Shown here: positions 18,009 through 28,280 of the stretch, in pieces | How the letters are laid out: each line of letters opens with the position of its first letter | Position numbering within the stretch: the first letter of the stretch is position 1 | Source: Patescibacteria group bacterium | GTDB lineage: Bacteria; Patescibacteriota; Patescibacteriia; Patescibacteriales; UBA12465 | NCBI GenBank assembly: GCA_028696995.1 | Contig: JAQVFY010000001.1 | Location: 18,444-82,443 of the forward strand | Length of the DNA: 64,000 nucleotides | Reading direction: 5' to 3' | Notes under the pieces: generated by a model | What the model was told of the DNA's origin: nothing | What the model saw: the letters and a program-made list of their open reading frames with translations, nothing else | Databases searched by the model: none | Made by a program: the position numbers and the translations under genes

Positions 18009-19550
18009 ATGAAAGAAAAAATTAATGCTTTTTTAAAAGATGTTATGACCTTGGCCGTTGTTTGCTATCAATTTGGCGACACTGGAAAAGGTAAACTCGT
18101 TGATCTCTTTTCTTCTTGGGCTGATATTATCGCTCGAGGAACTGGCGGAGCTAATGCTGGGCATACTATTTGCCTTAGGGGTAAAGAGTATATTTTCAAC
18201 TTATTACCATCTGGAATATTGAAGGATTCTGAGGGAAAGCTGAATATAATGGGATCTGGTATGGTTATATCCCTCATTAAACTATCAAGGGAGCTGAGAC
18301 TTGTTCATGAAAATGGCTATACCACCAATAACTTAAAAATTTCGCATCGTGCGAAACTGGTTTTACCTTTTCATATTATAGTTGATCGTTTAAAAGAATT
18401 ATCGCTATGTAAAGGCGATAAAATTGGTACAACTGGAAAGGGGATAACTCCGGCTTATCTCAGCCATTATGCTCGAGAGGGGGTAGTCATGAATGACCTT
18501 CTTAATCCGGATATATTTGTCGAAAAAGTTAGGAAGATGGCTAATGAAGCTATTGAAATGGCTTCAAAAGCTAAACGAGATGACTTTTTTAAAATTATGG
18601 TCAGTCCGGATCTCGATAATGGCATTTTTTATCATCCTAAAAAACTTATTGATGTTGATATGGTGATAAAAAAATATTTAGGTTATGCCAAAGATATCGC
18701 AAGATATATCTGTGATACCGATTCAATTATGAGAAATTCGGTTGGAAAGAGCAAAATCTTGCTTGAGGGAGCTCAAGGAGTTCTTTTAAGCATTGATTAT
18801 GGAACCTATCCCTACGTAACCTCATCTGACTCGTCAGCTGAGGGTTTAGCTAAGGGCGTTGGACTGAAGCACTCTGATATAGACTTAGAATTGGGGCTTA
18901 TCAAAGGTTTTTACATGACCCGAGTTGGTTGTGGTCCTTTCACGTCGGAAGCAGGAGGTGAAGAAAGCGCAGAGCTTTGCAATAATGTTTTTAAGCCCGA
19001 AGAATTTCGAAGGGAGGAAGAAGCGATTATTGAAAAGTTTTTTAAAAACGGAAACTCTGTATCTGAGTTGATGGTTGGAAGACTTCTTCGAATTTCGGGT
19101 GGGGAGTACGGAGCTACCACGAAAAGGCCTCGTAGAATTGGTTGGCTTGATCTGCCATTACTGAGATATGTAATGGAGGTTACCGGTAATAAAAATCTGG
19201 TTTTGACTAAACTTGATGTTTTAAACGTGTTGAACCAGATAGGTGGAGAGCCATTAAGAGTTTGCTATAAATATCGTTACGAAGGGGAAAAACCTTATAA
19301 CTACGGAGAGGTAATTGTTAAGAAAGGACAAGTTATTAAAGTAGCGATTCCGGATCCAAAATTCCTGGAGCAATGTGAGCCTATTTATGACTCTTTTGAA
19401 GTCTGGAGTGAAGATATCTCTAAGATAGACTCTTCGGACCATCTTCCAATAAATCTAAAAATCCTGTTAATTTATTTAAAAAGAGAAACAGGGGCAAACA
19501 TCAGGATTTTGTCAGTTGGCAGAGAAGCTGATCAAACAATCTTTATGTAA
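18009..19550 (+). CDS. purA: adenylosuccinate synthetase with extra internal segments
   Basis: 513 aa. QFGDTGKGKLVDL (GDEGKGKIVD), GANAGHTI (GHNAGHT), TTGKGITPAY (TTGRGIGPAY). About 80 aa longer than typical PurA. Confidence 0.85.
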   Translation: MKEKINAFLKDVMTLAVVCYQFGDTGKGKLVDLFSSWADIIARGTGGANAGHTICLRGKEYIFNLLPSGILKDSEGKLNIMGSGMVISLIKLSRELRLVHENGYTTNNLKISHRAKLVLPFHIIVDRLKELSLCKGDKIGTTGKGITPAYLSHYAREGVVMNDLLNPDIFVEKVRKMANEAIEMASKAKRDDFFKIMVSPDLDNGIFYHPKKLIDVDMVIKKYLGYAKDIARYICDTDSIMRNSVGKSKILLEGAQGVLLSIDYGTYPYVTSSDSSAEGLAKGVGLKHSDIDLELGLIKGFYMTRVGCGPFTSEAGGEESAELCNNVFKPEEFRREEEAIIEKFFKNGNSVSELMVGRLLRISGGEYGATTKRPRRIGWLDLPLLRYVMEVTGNKNLVLTKLDVLNVLNQIGGEPLRVCYKYRYEGEKPYNYGEVIVKKGQVIKVAIPDPKFLEQCEPIYDSFEVWSEDISKIDSSDHLPINLKILLIYLKRETGANIRILSVGREADQTIFM

Positions 19551-19556
19551 AGATAT

Positions 19557-19582
19557 AACCGTCAAATTTTGGCGGTTTTTTT
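19557..19582 (+). terminator. intrinsic terminator after purA
   Basis: aaccgtcaaattttggcggttttttt. Confidence 0.55.
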
Positions 19583-19676
19583 ATTATTTTTTAAATTTTA
19601 CTTTTTTAAAAATAGATGTTAAAATGTTAATACTTAGGTTAAAAAAACTTAATTTTTTATAATTAATTTTAAAATT

Positions 19677-20429
19677 ATGGGTATTTTTATAGTTATTGGA
19701 ATAATTATTTTATTTTTTTTATCTTCATTAAAAGAAATAAAACAATATGAAAGAGGTGTTTTATTTACTATGGGACGATTTACTAGGGTTATGAATCCAG
19801 GATGGCGTTTTTTGTGGCCAGTTTTTCAAGGATATAAAAGAGTTGATATTAGAGTTAAAGCAGTTGATGTACCTGATCAAAGAGCTATAACCAGAGATAA
19901 TGTTGCTGTAACCGTCAATGCCGTTTTATATTATAAAGTATTAGACGCTCCTAAGGCTGTTATTGAAGTTGAAAATTTTTATTATGCTGCTAGTCAATAT
20001 GCTCAAACTACTATGAGAAATATTGTTGGAGAAACTACTTTAGATGAACTTTTAAGTAGTCGAGAAAAAATAGCTGAAAGAATAAAAGAAATCGTTGATA
20101 AAGAGACCGATGCTTGGGGCTTAAGCGTTAACAATGTTGAATTAAAAGATGTTATTTTACCAGAATCAATGGAGAGAACTATAGCTAAACAAGCTGAAGC
20201 CGAGAGAGAAAAAAGGGCTGTTATTATTAATGCTGAAGGAGAATTAGCTGCTGCTGAAAATTTATCCAAAGCGGCTAAAAGATTAGCTGAATCTGATGGA
20301 GCTTTACACTTAAGAACCTTGCAATCAATTAACGACATGTCATCAGATCAATCTAACACCGTAGTATTTGTAACTCCTTTAGAAATTTTAAAAGCTTTTG
20401 AAGGATTTAAAAAGAAGGAAAATAAATAA
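19677..20429 (+). CDS. SPFH/band-7 (stomatin/prohibitin-like) membrane protein
   Basis: 250 aa. N-terminal TM helix, then SPFH domain with AKQAEAEREKRAVIINAEGELAAA coiled segment. Confidence 0.85.
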   Translation: MGIFIVIGIIILFFLSSLKEIKQYERGVLFTMGRFTRVMNPGWRFLWPVFQGYKRVDIRVKAVDVPDQRAITRDNVAVTVNAVLYYKVLDAPKAVIEVENFYYAASQYAQTTMRNIVGETTLDELLSSREKIAERIKEIVDKETDAWGLSVNNVELKDVILPESMERTIAKQAEAEREKRAVIINAEGELAAAENLSKAAKRLAESDGALHLRTLQSINDMSSDQSNTVVFVTPLEILKAFEGFKKKENK

Positions 20430-20438
20430 TTAAAAATT

Positions 20439-22028
20439 ATGGCTGTTTTATATCAAAAGTATCGCCCTCAACAATTTTCAGAAATCTTTGGGCAGAACCA
20501 CATTAAAACTACTTTACAAAATGAAATTTCTAGCGATAAAATATCGCATGCTTATTTATTTTGTGGACCTCGAGCTGTAGGAAAAACAACTTTAGCCAGA
20601 ATTTTAGCTAAAACTGTAAATTGTCAAAATAGGAAAAAATCTGAATTCGAACCTTGTAATAAATGTGACAACTGTTTAAGTATTTCTAATTTTAGTAATT
20701 TAGACGTCATTGAAATTGATGCTGCTAGTAATACTGGAGTAGATAATGTTAGAGAGAATATTATTGCTCTTAGTCGCGTTAAATCTTCTAATAATAAATA
20801 CAAGGTTTTTATAATCGATGAGATTCACATGTTATCTTTATCAGCCTTTAATGCTTTATTAAAAACCTTAGAAGAACCGCCAGCTAATGTGATTTTTATT
20901 TTATGCACCACAGAAATCTATAAAGTCCCTCTAACTATTATTTCTCGTTGTGAGCGTTTTGATTTTAAAAGAATTAGTGTTAATGACATGATAGCTAAGC
21001 TGGAGGTGATTATTAAAAATGAAAAAATAGAAATAGAAAGAGATGTTTTAGAATTAATAGCTCTCAAAGCCGATGGTCATTTGCGTGATGCTGAAAGCTT
21101 ATTAAGTCAAATTATTGCCGTTAGTGGTAAGAAAATAGATATGGCTAGTGCTAATTTAGTTATTCCATATAATAATTTAGAAGAGAATATAAAACTATTA
21201 GAAGCTTTGGGTCGCAAAGATACAGCTACAGCTATTAAAATAATTAACGAATTACTTAATTCCGGAATTAATTTAAAAAATTTTTTAAATGATCTAGTGG
21301 AATTATTAAGAAAAATGATTTTAAGCAAAGTTAATGATTCCTTATCTAGTAGTCTCGGTTTAGATTTAAGTGAAAAACTAGAAATAAAAATTAGCGAATT
21401 AAATAAAAATTTTTCTTTAAATGATTTAACTAAAATTACCGAAGAATTTTTATTAGCTAGCAAGGAGCTATCTTTAGCTTCTATTCCGTCATTACCGATA
21501 GAATTAGCTCTTATTAATATTTGTCAAACCGAATCTTCGAATCCAATTATTAAAAACTCATCTTTTAATAGTTCTAAAACAATTAATTCTAATTTAAAGG
21601 AAGACTCAGTTTTAAATCAAAACTCAAACCTAAAATCAGTTTCCAATTTTAATTTTTCCTCTAATTCAAAAAAAAATTCTTCAGAGTCAAACCTTAGCCT
21701 GGAGGATGTAAAAAAAAATTGGACTGAATTTGTTACTAAATTAAAACCACATAATCATTCTTTGGCGTTTATTATGCAGTCTTGTCAAATAAATGATGTT
21801 GATGAAAACAAAATTTGTCTTTCTTTTAAATATAAATTTCATAAAGATCGTCTTGACAGTCCCGAAATAAAAAAAATAATTGAAGATGTTTTAGTGGATG
21901 TTTATAAAACTAGAATAGATCTTAAGGTTATTGTTGATGAAAACTTAGAAATAAATAATAATAAAAATGATAATAATGAAATAATTGATAATTTATTAAA
22001 AACCTTTGGTGGTAAAATTATTAATTAA
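20439..22028 (+). CDS. dnaX: DNA polymerase III subunit gamma/tau
   Basis: 529 aa. HAYLFCGPRAVGKTT Walker A, Zn module CQNRKK...CNKCDNC, IIDEIHML. Two A9 runs in the C-terminal region (see findings). Confidence 0.9.
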   Translation: MAVLYQKYRPQQFSEIFGQNHIKTTLQNEISSDKISHAYLFCGPRAVGKTTLARILAKTVNCQNRKKSEFEPCNKCDNCLSISNFSNLDVIEIDAASNTGVDNVRENIIALSRVKSSNNKYKVFIIDEIHMLSLSAFNALLKTLEEPPANVIFILCTTEIYKVPLTIISRCERFDFKRISVNDMIAKLEVIIKNEKIEIERDVLELIALKADGHLRDAESLLSQIIAVSGKKIDMASANLVIPYNNLEENIKLLEALGRKDTATAIKIINELLNSGINLKNFLNDLVELLRKMILSKVNDSLSSSLGLDLSEKLEIKISELNKNFSLNDLTKITEEFLLASKELSLASIPSLPIELALINICQTESSNPIIKNSSFNSSKTINSNLKEDSVLNQNSNLKSVSNFNFSSNSKKNSSESNLSLEDVKKNWTEFVTKLKPHNHSLAFIMQSCQINDVDENKICLSFKYKFHKDRLDSPEIKKIIEDVLVDVYKTRIDLKVIVDENLEINNNKNDNNEIIDNLLKTFGGKIIN

Positions 22029-22040
22029 TTAATTAAAAAT

Positions 22041-23297
22041 ATGTTGGATATTAAAAAAATTAGAGAAGAAAAAAAATGGGTGGAAGAATCTCTACGTAAA
22101 AAAATGGGTCCCAAGGCAGATCTGGGTTTAGAAAAAATTATTGAATTAGATGATCGAAGAAAAATTATAATTCCAGAATTAGAAAATCTTAAAGCCGAAA
22201 AAAATAAATTATCCAAAGCTAAGCCTGATGCCAAAACCATTGATAATATTAAAAAAAATAATATTAATCTTAAAAAATTAGAGGATAATTTAAAAAAAAT
22301 CGAAGAAGAATTAAAAGAAAAGTTGTCAGCCTTACCAAATATTGTAGCCGATGATGTTTTAGCCGGAGGAAAAGAGAACAATAAGGTTTCCTATACTTTT
22401 AAAGAAAAAGTAAAATACGATTTTAATCCTAAAAATCATATTGATTTAGCTGAAAGCTTGGATATTATTGATTATAAAAGGGCTGCTAAAATGTCGGGTT
22501 CTGGTTTTTGGATTTATAAAGGAGAGGGTGCTTTATTGGAGTGGGCCTTACTTAATTATTTTATTAGTTTTCATATTAAAAATAATTATACTTTTTTAAT
22601 TCCTCCTTTTTTATTAAACTCGGCTTCAGCTTATGCTTCTGGTCATCTACCAAAGTTTGGCGAAGATCTTTTTTGGCTTCAAGATAATAAACTTTGTCTA
22701 AATGCTACTGCTGAAATGATGTTGGGAAATTATCATCGAGATGAAATATTAACAGAAGAATCTTTACCTTTAAAATATATTGCTTACTCAGCTTGCTTCA
22801 GGAGAGAAGCTGGTTCTTATCGCCAAGAAGAAAGAGGGATGATTCGTGGTCATCAATTTAATAAAATAGAAATGTTTCAATATTGTCACCCCGAGAAATC
22901 ATGGGATGTTTTTATTGAAATGAAAAATCAAGCTCAAGAATTATTAGAAGGCTTAGATTTGCATTTCCAAGTTAGTGATTTAGCAGCAGGGGATTGCTCA
23001 GCGGCTATGGCTAAAACGGTTGATCTCGAAGTTTATATTCCTAGTATGAAAACTTATAAAGAAGTTAGCTCGGTTTCTAACGCTTTGGACTACCAAGCTC
23101 GACGAGGTAATATTAGGTATAAGGGGGTGGATGGCAAAAAATATTTTCCGCACACTTTAAACGCCTCTGGTATGGCCACTTCTCGTTTGATACCAGCTAT
23201 TTTAGAACAAAATCAACAATCTGATGGTAGTATTATTATTCCCAAAGTCTTACAGAAATTTATGCCCAATAACCTTTCTATTATTAAGAAAAAATAA
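22041..23297 (+). CDS. serS: seryl-tRNA synthetase
   Basis: 418 aa. N-terminal coiled-coil arm; class II motifs including FRREAGS and GHQFNKIE. Confidence 0.9.
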   Translation: MLDIKKIREEKKWVEESLRKKMGPKADLGLEKIIELDDRRKIIIPELENLKAEKNKLSKAKPDAKTIDNIKKNNINLKKLEDNLKKIEEELKEKLSALPNIVADDVLAGGKENNKVSYTFKEKVKYDFNPKNHIDLAESLDIIDYKRAAKMSGSGFWIYKGEGALLEWALLNYFISFHIKNNYTFLIPPFLLNSASAYASGHLPKFGEDLFWLQDNKLCLNATAEMMLGNYHRDEILTEESLPLKYIAYSACFRREAGSYRQEERGMIRGHQFNKIEMFQYCHPEKSWDVFIEMKNQAQELLEGLDLHFQVSDLAAGDCSAAMAKTVDLEVYIPSMKTYKEVSSVSNALDYQARRGNIRYKGVDGKKYFPHTLNASGMATSRLIPAILEQNQQSDGSIIIPKVLQKFMPNNLSIIKKK

Positions 23298-23302
23298 TTA
23301 TC

Positions 23303-24223
23303 ATGAAAATATTTTTAACCATTATATTCTATAGTTTTTATTTGCTTTTTCCTCTTATTGTTTTTTTGTCTTGGCAATTATATAAAAATAAAAAAAGGCC
23401 AATTGAAATAATTATTTTATTAATATTGGCTATTTTTTTGATTTGGATGAGGTTTGTGGAACTGAATAATTTAATAGTTAAAGATTATAAATTTACTAAA
23501 AATAAGGGTTATAATAATGAAATTAAAGTGGCTGTTTTTTCCGATATGCACTTAGGAGTTTATAATAATGATTCAATAATAAAAAAAATTGTTCAGAAAA
23601 TAAAAAAAATTAATCCTGATGTAGTAATTATCCCAGGAGATTTTATTTATTTTATTGATAAAAATAAATTAGTTGAACAATTTTCAGATCTAAAAAACAT
23701 TTCCGTTCCAGTTTTGGCTGTTTTAGGAAATCATGATTATGGCAAACCAGAAAAAAATATTTCTCAAGATTTAAATTCAGTTTTAGAATCTTTAGGGATT
23801 ATAATGATTGATAATCAAGTAAAAAAAATTAACATTAATGGTGATCTTATTGAATTTATAGGAACGGAAGATATTTGGGTGGGTAATCCAGATTATGAAG
23901 TTCTAAGAAAAGATGGCTCCGAAGATCAAGTTGATTTTACTTTTTTCATCACCCATAACCCTGACACGCTTTATGAAGTTAAAGATTTGGCTATTGATGA
24001 TTATAAAAAAATAGATCTGATGATTGCCGGTCATACTCATGCTGGTCAAATTCGTCTTCCAATTTTATATAAACACATTATTCCTACTAAATATAATTTT
24101 GATAAGGGTTTTTATAATATTTCTAATTTAAATTTATTTATAACACCTGGAATTGGAACCGTAGGTTTGCCTTTGAGATTATTTAATTTTCCAGAATTAA
24201 GTATTTTGAATATCAGATATTAA
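23303..24223 (+). CDS. membrane-anchored calcineurin-like metallophosphoesterase (YkuE-like)
   Basis: 306 aa. Two N-terminal TM helices, then VAVFSDMHLG, GNHDY, GHTHAGQIRLP. Confidence 0.8.
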   Translation: MKIFLTIIFYSFYLLFPLIVFLSWQLYKNKKRPIEIIILLILAIFLIWMRFVELNNLIVKDYKFTKNKGYNNEIKVAVFSDMHLGVYNNDSIIKKIVQKIKKINPDVVIIPGDFIYFIDKNKLVEQFSDLKNISVPVLAVLGNHDYGKPEKNISQDLNSVLESLGIIMIDNQVKKININGDLIEFIGTEDIWVGNPDYEVLRKDGSEDQVDFTFFITHNPDTLYEVKDLAIDDYKKIDLMIAGHTHAGQIRLPILYKHIIPTKYNFDKGFYNISNLNLFITPGIGTVGLPLRLFNFPELSILNIRY

Positions 24224-24245
24224 CCATTGACTTTTTTCTTGTTTC

Positions 24246-26336
24246 GTGCTATATTTAGCGGTTAAATTAATAGGAAAAATAATGATTATTAGAGCTAAAA
24301 AAATATTAGTATTATCAATTTTTATTTTACTTTTTGTTATTCCTGCTAATACTTCAGCTTTGGTTATAAAAAAGGAATATCCCAAATTAGCTAATTACTT
24401 CTTAAAATGGAGTATTGCCGACTACGAAGTGGCTGAATTAGCTAAATGGGATGTTTTAATTTTGGATATGGAAGTTCAGGAAAATAGTCGCTCTAATTTA
24501 AAACAAATCAGAGAATTAAACCCTGATATTATTATTTTAGCTTATATAACCTCACAAGAGGCAAATGCTGACATTTATAATAGCCCCTGGAGCTATAATG
24601 CTAGTTTAAGAAAAAAATTATTAAATGGTATTGATGATGCTTGGTGGCTAAGAGATAAAAACAATAATAGAATTACTTTTTGGGAAGGAACTTATATGCT
24701 TAATTTGAGTAATGGAGCTAAAAATAATTCCGCTGGGAAAAAATGGAATGATTATCTACCGGAATTTATTAATTGCGAAGTTATTTCTACAGGTTTATGG
24801 GATGGTATTATGTATGATAATATTTGGGGTGATGTTGCTTGGGTTAAAGAGGGAATAGACATAGAAAGTAATGGCCAAATAAAATCAACTACTGAAATAA
24901 ATAATAAATGGGCCGAGGGAACCAAAAAAATGCTGGATACGACTAGAAGACTAATTGGTCCTAATTATTTAATATTAGGAAATGGTAAGGTTTATGATGG
25001 CTATCAAAACTCTTTAAACGGAGTAATGTTTGAGGGATTTCCAGCTTCTTGGGAAGGCAATGGAGTTTGGTCTAATATCATTACTACTTATTCTAATATT
25101 AAAAAAACAAATAATACTCCTAATTTAACTATTATTAATTCTGGTAATGGAAATAATAAAAATTATCAAGCTGTGCGTTTTGGTCTAACTAGTACTTTAA
25201 TGGAAAATCATGGTTATTTTAGTTTTGATTTTGGAAGCTCTGATCATAGCCAGGTTTGGTGGTATGATGAATATAATATTAATTTAGGGCAAGCGCAAAC
25301 CAATGCTTACAACCTCTTAGATAAAGGAAATTATACTTATAAAAATGGTTTATGGCGACGTGATTTTAGTGAAGGAATTGTTTTAGTAAATTCTAGTGAC
25401 AAAGAACAACTATACGTTTTTAATAATGAAGAATTTGAAAAAATAAATGGAACCCAAGATCGAAGTATTAATAATGGAAGTATAATTAATTTTATAAAAA
25501 TAAAACCTCGGGATGGAGTTATTTTATTAAAGAGAGAAAAAAGTTTTTCAGTTATTAGAAATACCGGTTTTAATAATGGTGACTTTGTTAGAGTTTTTAA
25601 TGCTGAAGGAGGTCAACCTCGTTCTGGTTTCTTTGCTTATCTAGATAATTTTCCATCTAATTCTCAAATTATTATAACTGATATTGATAATGACAAACAA
25701 GATGAATCATTAGTAAATAGTCGAGGTATAATTTCTCTATATAAAAATGGTACAAAAATAAAAGAATTCAAACCCTATGACGGCAAATTTGTCGGGGAAA
25801 TATCTTTGGCGGTAGCTGATTTAGATGGTGATGGCACTAAGGAGATAATAACCGGAGCTGGACAAGGAGGTGGGCCCCATGTTCGTGTTTTTAATAAAGA
25901 TGGCAAGCCCTTAATTGGTGGTTTTTTTGCTTATGATCAAAAATTTCGCGGTGGAGTTAAGGTAGCGGTAATGGATTTAGATGGTGATGGAACTCAAGAA
26001 ATAATAACTGCAGCTGGAATTGGTGGTGGTCCTCATATCCGGGTTTTTAGCAAAGATGGTCGACCTTTAATTGGCGGGTTTTTTGCTTATGATCAAAAAT
26101 TTCGCGGAGGAGTTTCTTTAGCCGTAGGTGATGTTAATGGCAATGGTCAAAAAGAAATAATTACAGCCCCTAATTCAGGGAATTCTTCAGAAATAAAAAT
26201 ATTTAATAAAGATGGAAAATTTTTAAAAACTTTTCAATCTTATGAAGACGCCCCTAAATCAGGTTTAAGGGTTATGACTGATGATCTTGATAATGACGGT
26301 ATTTTTGAAATTTTAGTTGGAAGTATTAATTTTTAA
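24246..26336 (+). CDS. secreted protein: N-terminal glycoside-hydrolase-like domain (tentative) plus C-terminal FG-GAP/VCBS beta-propeller repeats
   Basis: 696 aa. Signal peptide. C-terminal tandem repeats DLDGDGT(K/Q)EII(T)(G/A)AG.GGGPH(V/I)RVF(N/S)KDG(K/R)PLIGGFFAYDQKFRGGV. Confidence 0.65.
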   Translation: MLYLAVKLIGKIMIIRAKKILVLSIFILLFVIPANTSALVIKKEYPKLANYFLKWSIADYEVAELAKWDVLILDMEVQENSRSNLKQIRELNPDIIILAYITSQEANADIYNSPWSYNASLRKKLLNGIDDAWWLRDKNNNRITFWEGTYMLNLSNGAKNNSAGKKWNDYLPEFINCEVISTGLWDGIMYDNIWGDVAWVKEGIDIESNGQIKSTTEINNKWAEGTKKMLDTTRRLIGPNYLILGNGKVYDGYQNSLNGVMFEGFPASWEGNGVWSNIITTYSNIKKTNNTPNLTIINSGNGNNKNYQAVRFGLTSTLMENHGYFSFDFGSSDHSQVWWYDEYNINLGQAQTNAYNLLDKGNYTYKNGLWRRDFSEGIVLVNSSDKEQLYVFNNEEFEKINGTQDRSINNGSIINFIKIKPRDGVILLKREKSFSVIRNTGFNNGDFVRVFNAEGGQPRSGFFAYLDNFPSNSQIIITDIDNDKQDESLVNSRGIISLYKNGTKIKEFKPYDGKFVGEISLAVADLDGDGTKEIITGAGQGGGPHVRVFNKDGKPLIGGFFAYDQKFRGGVKVAVMDLDGDGTQEIITAAGIGGGPHIRVFSKDGRPLIGGFFAYDQKFRGGVSLAVGDVNGNGQKEIITAPNSGNSSEIKIFNKDGKFLKTFQSYEDAPKSGLRVMTDDLDNDGIFEILVGSINF
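25790..26240. repeat. intragenic tandem repeats of about 156 bp encoding FG-GAP units
   Basis: ggtggtttttttgcttatgatcaaaaatttcgcggtggagtt at 25919 matches ggcgggttttttgcttatgatcaaaaatttcgcggaggagtt at 26075. Confidence 0.75.
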
Positions 26337-26388
26337 TTGCTTTTTCCTTTTAAATTTAATATAATATATAAGTATAATAATAAATAAT

Positions 26389-28266
26389 ATGACTAAAAAT
26401 AAAAAAAATAATTCTGATTTTAAAGGTTCTGATATTGAAATAATTCCTTCTGATCAGTCAAATCAAACGATTGACCTAAGTAATCAGAACAATGTTGAAC
26501 CAATAGACGATAATGCTGTTAGTATTAGTCGTGATCGAGTTCAAGTTAAAAAGAGTGGTAATCTGGTTATTGGAAATTTAAATTTAATGTTAAATCCTTT
26601 AAAGAAAAGATGGCAACAACATTATAGTCGTAATATTTGGCACTTGATAGCTGATATTTTTTTAGTTTTTATAATTATTACTTTAATATTTTTTCTTTAT
26701 TTAATAAATAATAGGGATGGATCTAAAATAATTTCTTTGAGTATAAAAAATAATATCGAAACTTCAGCTGGTTCCTATAATTCTTTTGAACTTGATTATA
26801 AAAGTAATTCAGAAATAAGTGGTGTTACTGCTCAAGTAATTTTTCCTGAAAACTTTATAATTGAATCAGTTTCCCCGGGTAATTTATATGATGATAATAC
26901 TAAAACATTTAATCTTGGAAATTTAGAAAAAAATTCATTTGGAAAAATAAAAATAAATGGTTTTGTTTGGGGAGAAGTTAATGATCAGCAAAACATTTTT
27001 TTTAAATTTAATTGTTCGAAATGTGGTAAAAATGGAATAAATAATTCTTTATATTACAATATTGAAAAACCAGCTATTTCTAACTCATTACAAGTGGAGG
27101 ATAATGTATTTTTAGATAGTGAATTTAAAGGGACTTTAAATATAGTAAATAACACTAATCAAAAATTAGAAAACATTAGGGTTACTCTTGGTTCGGATGT
27201 TGAAATAAAAAAAAGCAATTTATCATTAGAGAATGGGGAAATAATTATCAATCAAATAAGTAGCGGGGAAGAGCTCAATCTTGAATTTGAGGCTCTTTGT
27301 AAGAGAGGCGAAAATATTAGTATTATTCCGAGTTTCAATTTTAACTTATTTGATAATAATTTAAATTTTACAGGAGTAGAGAAGGTTATTAGTGTTAAAA
27401 AACCAGGATTAAATATCAGTATTATTAGTGAAGATGAATTAATAAACCAAGATTTATTAGCTTCTTATAAAATAAATTATAATAATAAGGAAAAGGCTAC
27501 TATTAAAAATATAAAATTAACTATTCTTTCAGCTAATCCTAATTTTTCAGTAGAATCTTTAAAAATAGATGATAATCTCAAAGGAGTTTCTTTGGTAGGA
27601 AATACTATAATTATTAATGATCTACTGGAAAATGAATTTTCCTCTATACCTTTTAAAGTTATATTTGATCGAAGACAAAATAATCCTAATCAAGAATTAT
27701 CTTTAAAGATAAATTTACAGTATGATCTTGATGGACAAACCATAAAATACACATCCTATTCTAATAAAAGTAAAATAGCGAGCAAGGCTACAGCCTCTGC
27801 TTTAGCGTATTACTATAGCCCCCAAGGAGATCAACTAGGAGTTGGTCCACTTCCTCCGTCCGTCAATATGGCTACAAATTATTGGATATTTTTGGAAGTA
27901 AGTAGTATAGGAAATGATTTAGAAAATTTTGTTTTGACTGCCGATCTTCCGGAAAATATCTATTTTTCTGATAATAAAAGAGTTCTGGATGGTAAATTAT
28001 TGTACGGAGAAGTTAGTAAGAGGATGACTTGGGAGATAGAAAAGCTTAGTGGCGATAGTAGTCGTTATCGTGCTAATTTTGAAATAACTTTAATACCAGA
28101 AGAAAGTGATCTCGGAAAAGTTCCAATACTTTTAAATAATATAAAATTTACTGCCAAGGATTCTTTTACTGATCAAGAATTGAAGCAAAATTTAGCAAAT
28201 ATTAATGCTAATATTAAAAACGATAAGTTCTCCAGTGACAAGGGGCAGGTTGTCGATATCAGATAA
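26389..28266 (+). CDS. membrane-anchored Asn/Ser-rich surface protein with multiple beta-rich domains, function unknown
   Basis: 625 aa. Single TM (IWHLIADIFLVFIIITLIFFLYLI) after a ~90-aa cytoplasmic N-terminus, then a large extracellular region. No catalytic motif recognised. Confidence 0.5.
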   Translation: MTKNKKNNSDFKGSDIEIIPSDQSNQTIDLSNQNNVEPIDDNAVSISRDRVQVKKSGNLVIGNLNLMLNPLKKRWQQHYSRNIWHLIADIFLVFIIITLIFFLYLINNRDGSKIISLSIKNNIETSAGSYNSFELDYKSNSEISGVTAQVIFPENFIIESVSPGNLYDDNTKTFNLGNLEKNSFGKIKINGFVWGEVNDQQNIFFKFNCSKCGKNGINNSLYYNIEKPAISNSLQVEDNVFLDSEFKGTLNIVNNTNQKLENIRVTLGSDVEIKKSNLSLENGEIIINQISSGEELNLEFEALCKRGENISIIPSFNFNLFDNNLNFTGVEKVISVKKPGLNISIISEDELINQDLLASYKINYNNKEKATIKNIKLTILSANPNFSVESLKIDDNLKGVSLVGNTIIINDLLENEFSSIPFKVIFDRRQNNPNQELSLKINLQYDLDGQTIKYTSYSNKSKIASKATASALAYYYSPQGDQLGVGPLPPSVNMATNYWIFLEVSSIGNDLENFVLTADLPENIYFSDNKRVLDGKLLYGEVSKRMTWEIEKLSGDSSRYRANFEITLIPEESDLGKVPILLNNIKFTAKDSFTDQELKQNLANINANIKNDKFSSDKGQVVDIR

Positions 28267-28280
28267 AAAAATAGAATACT

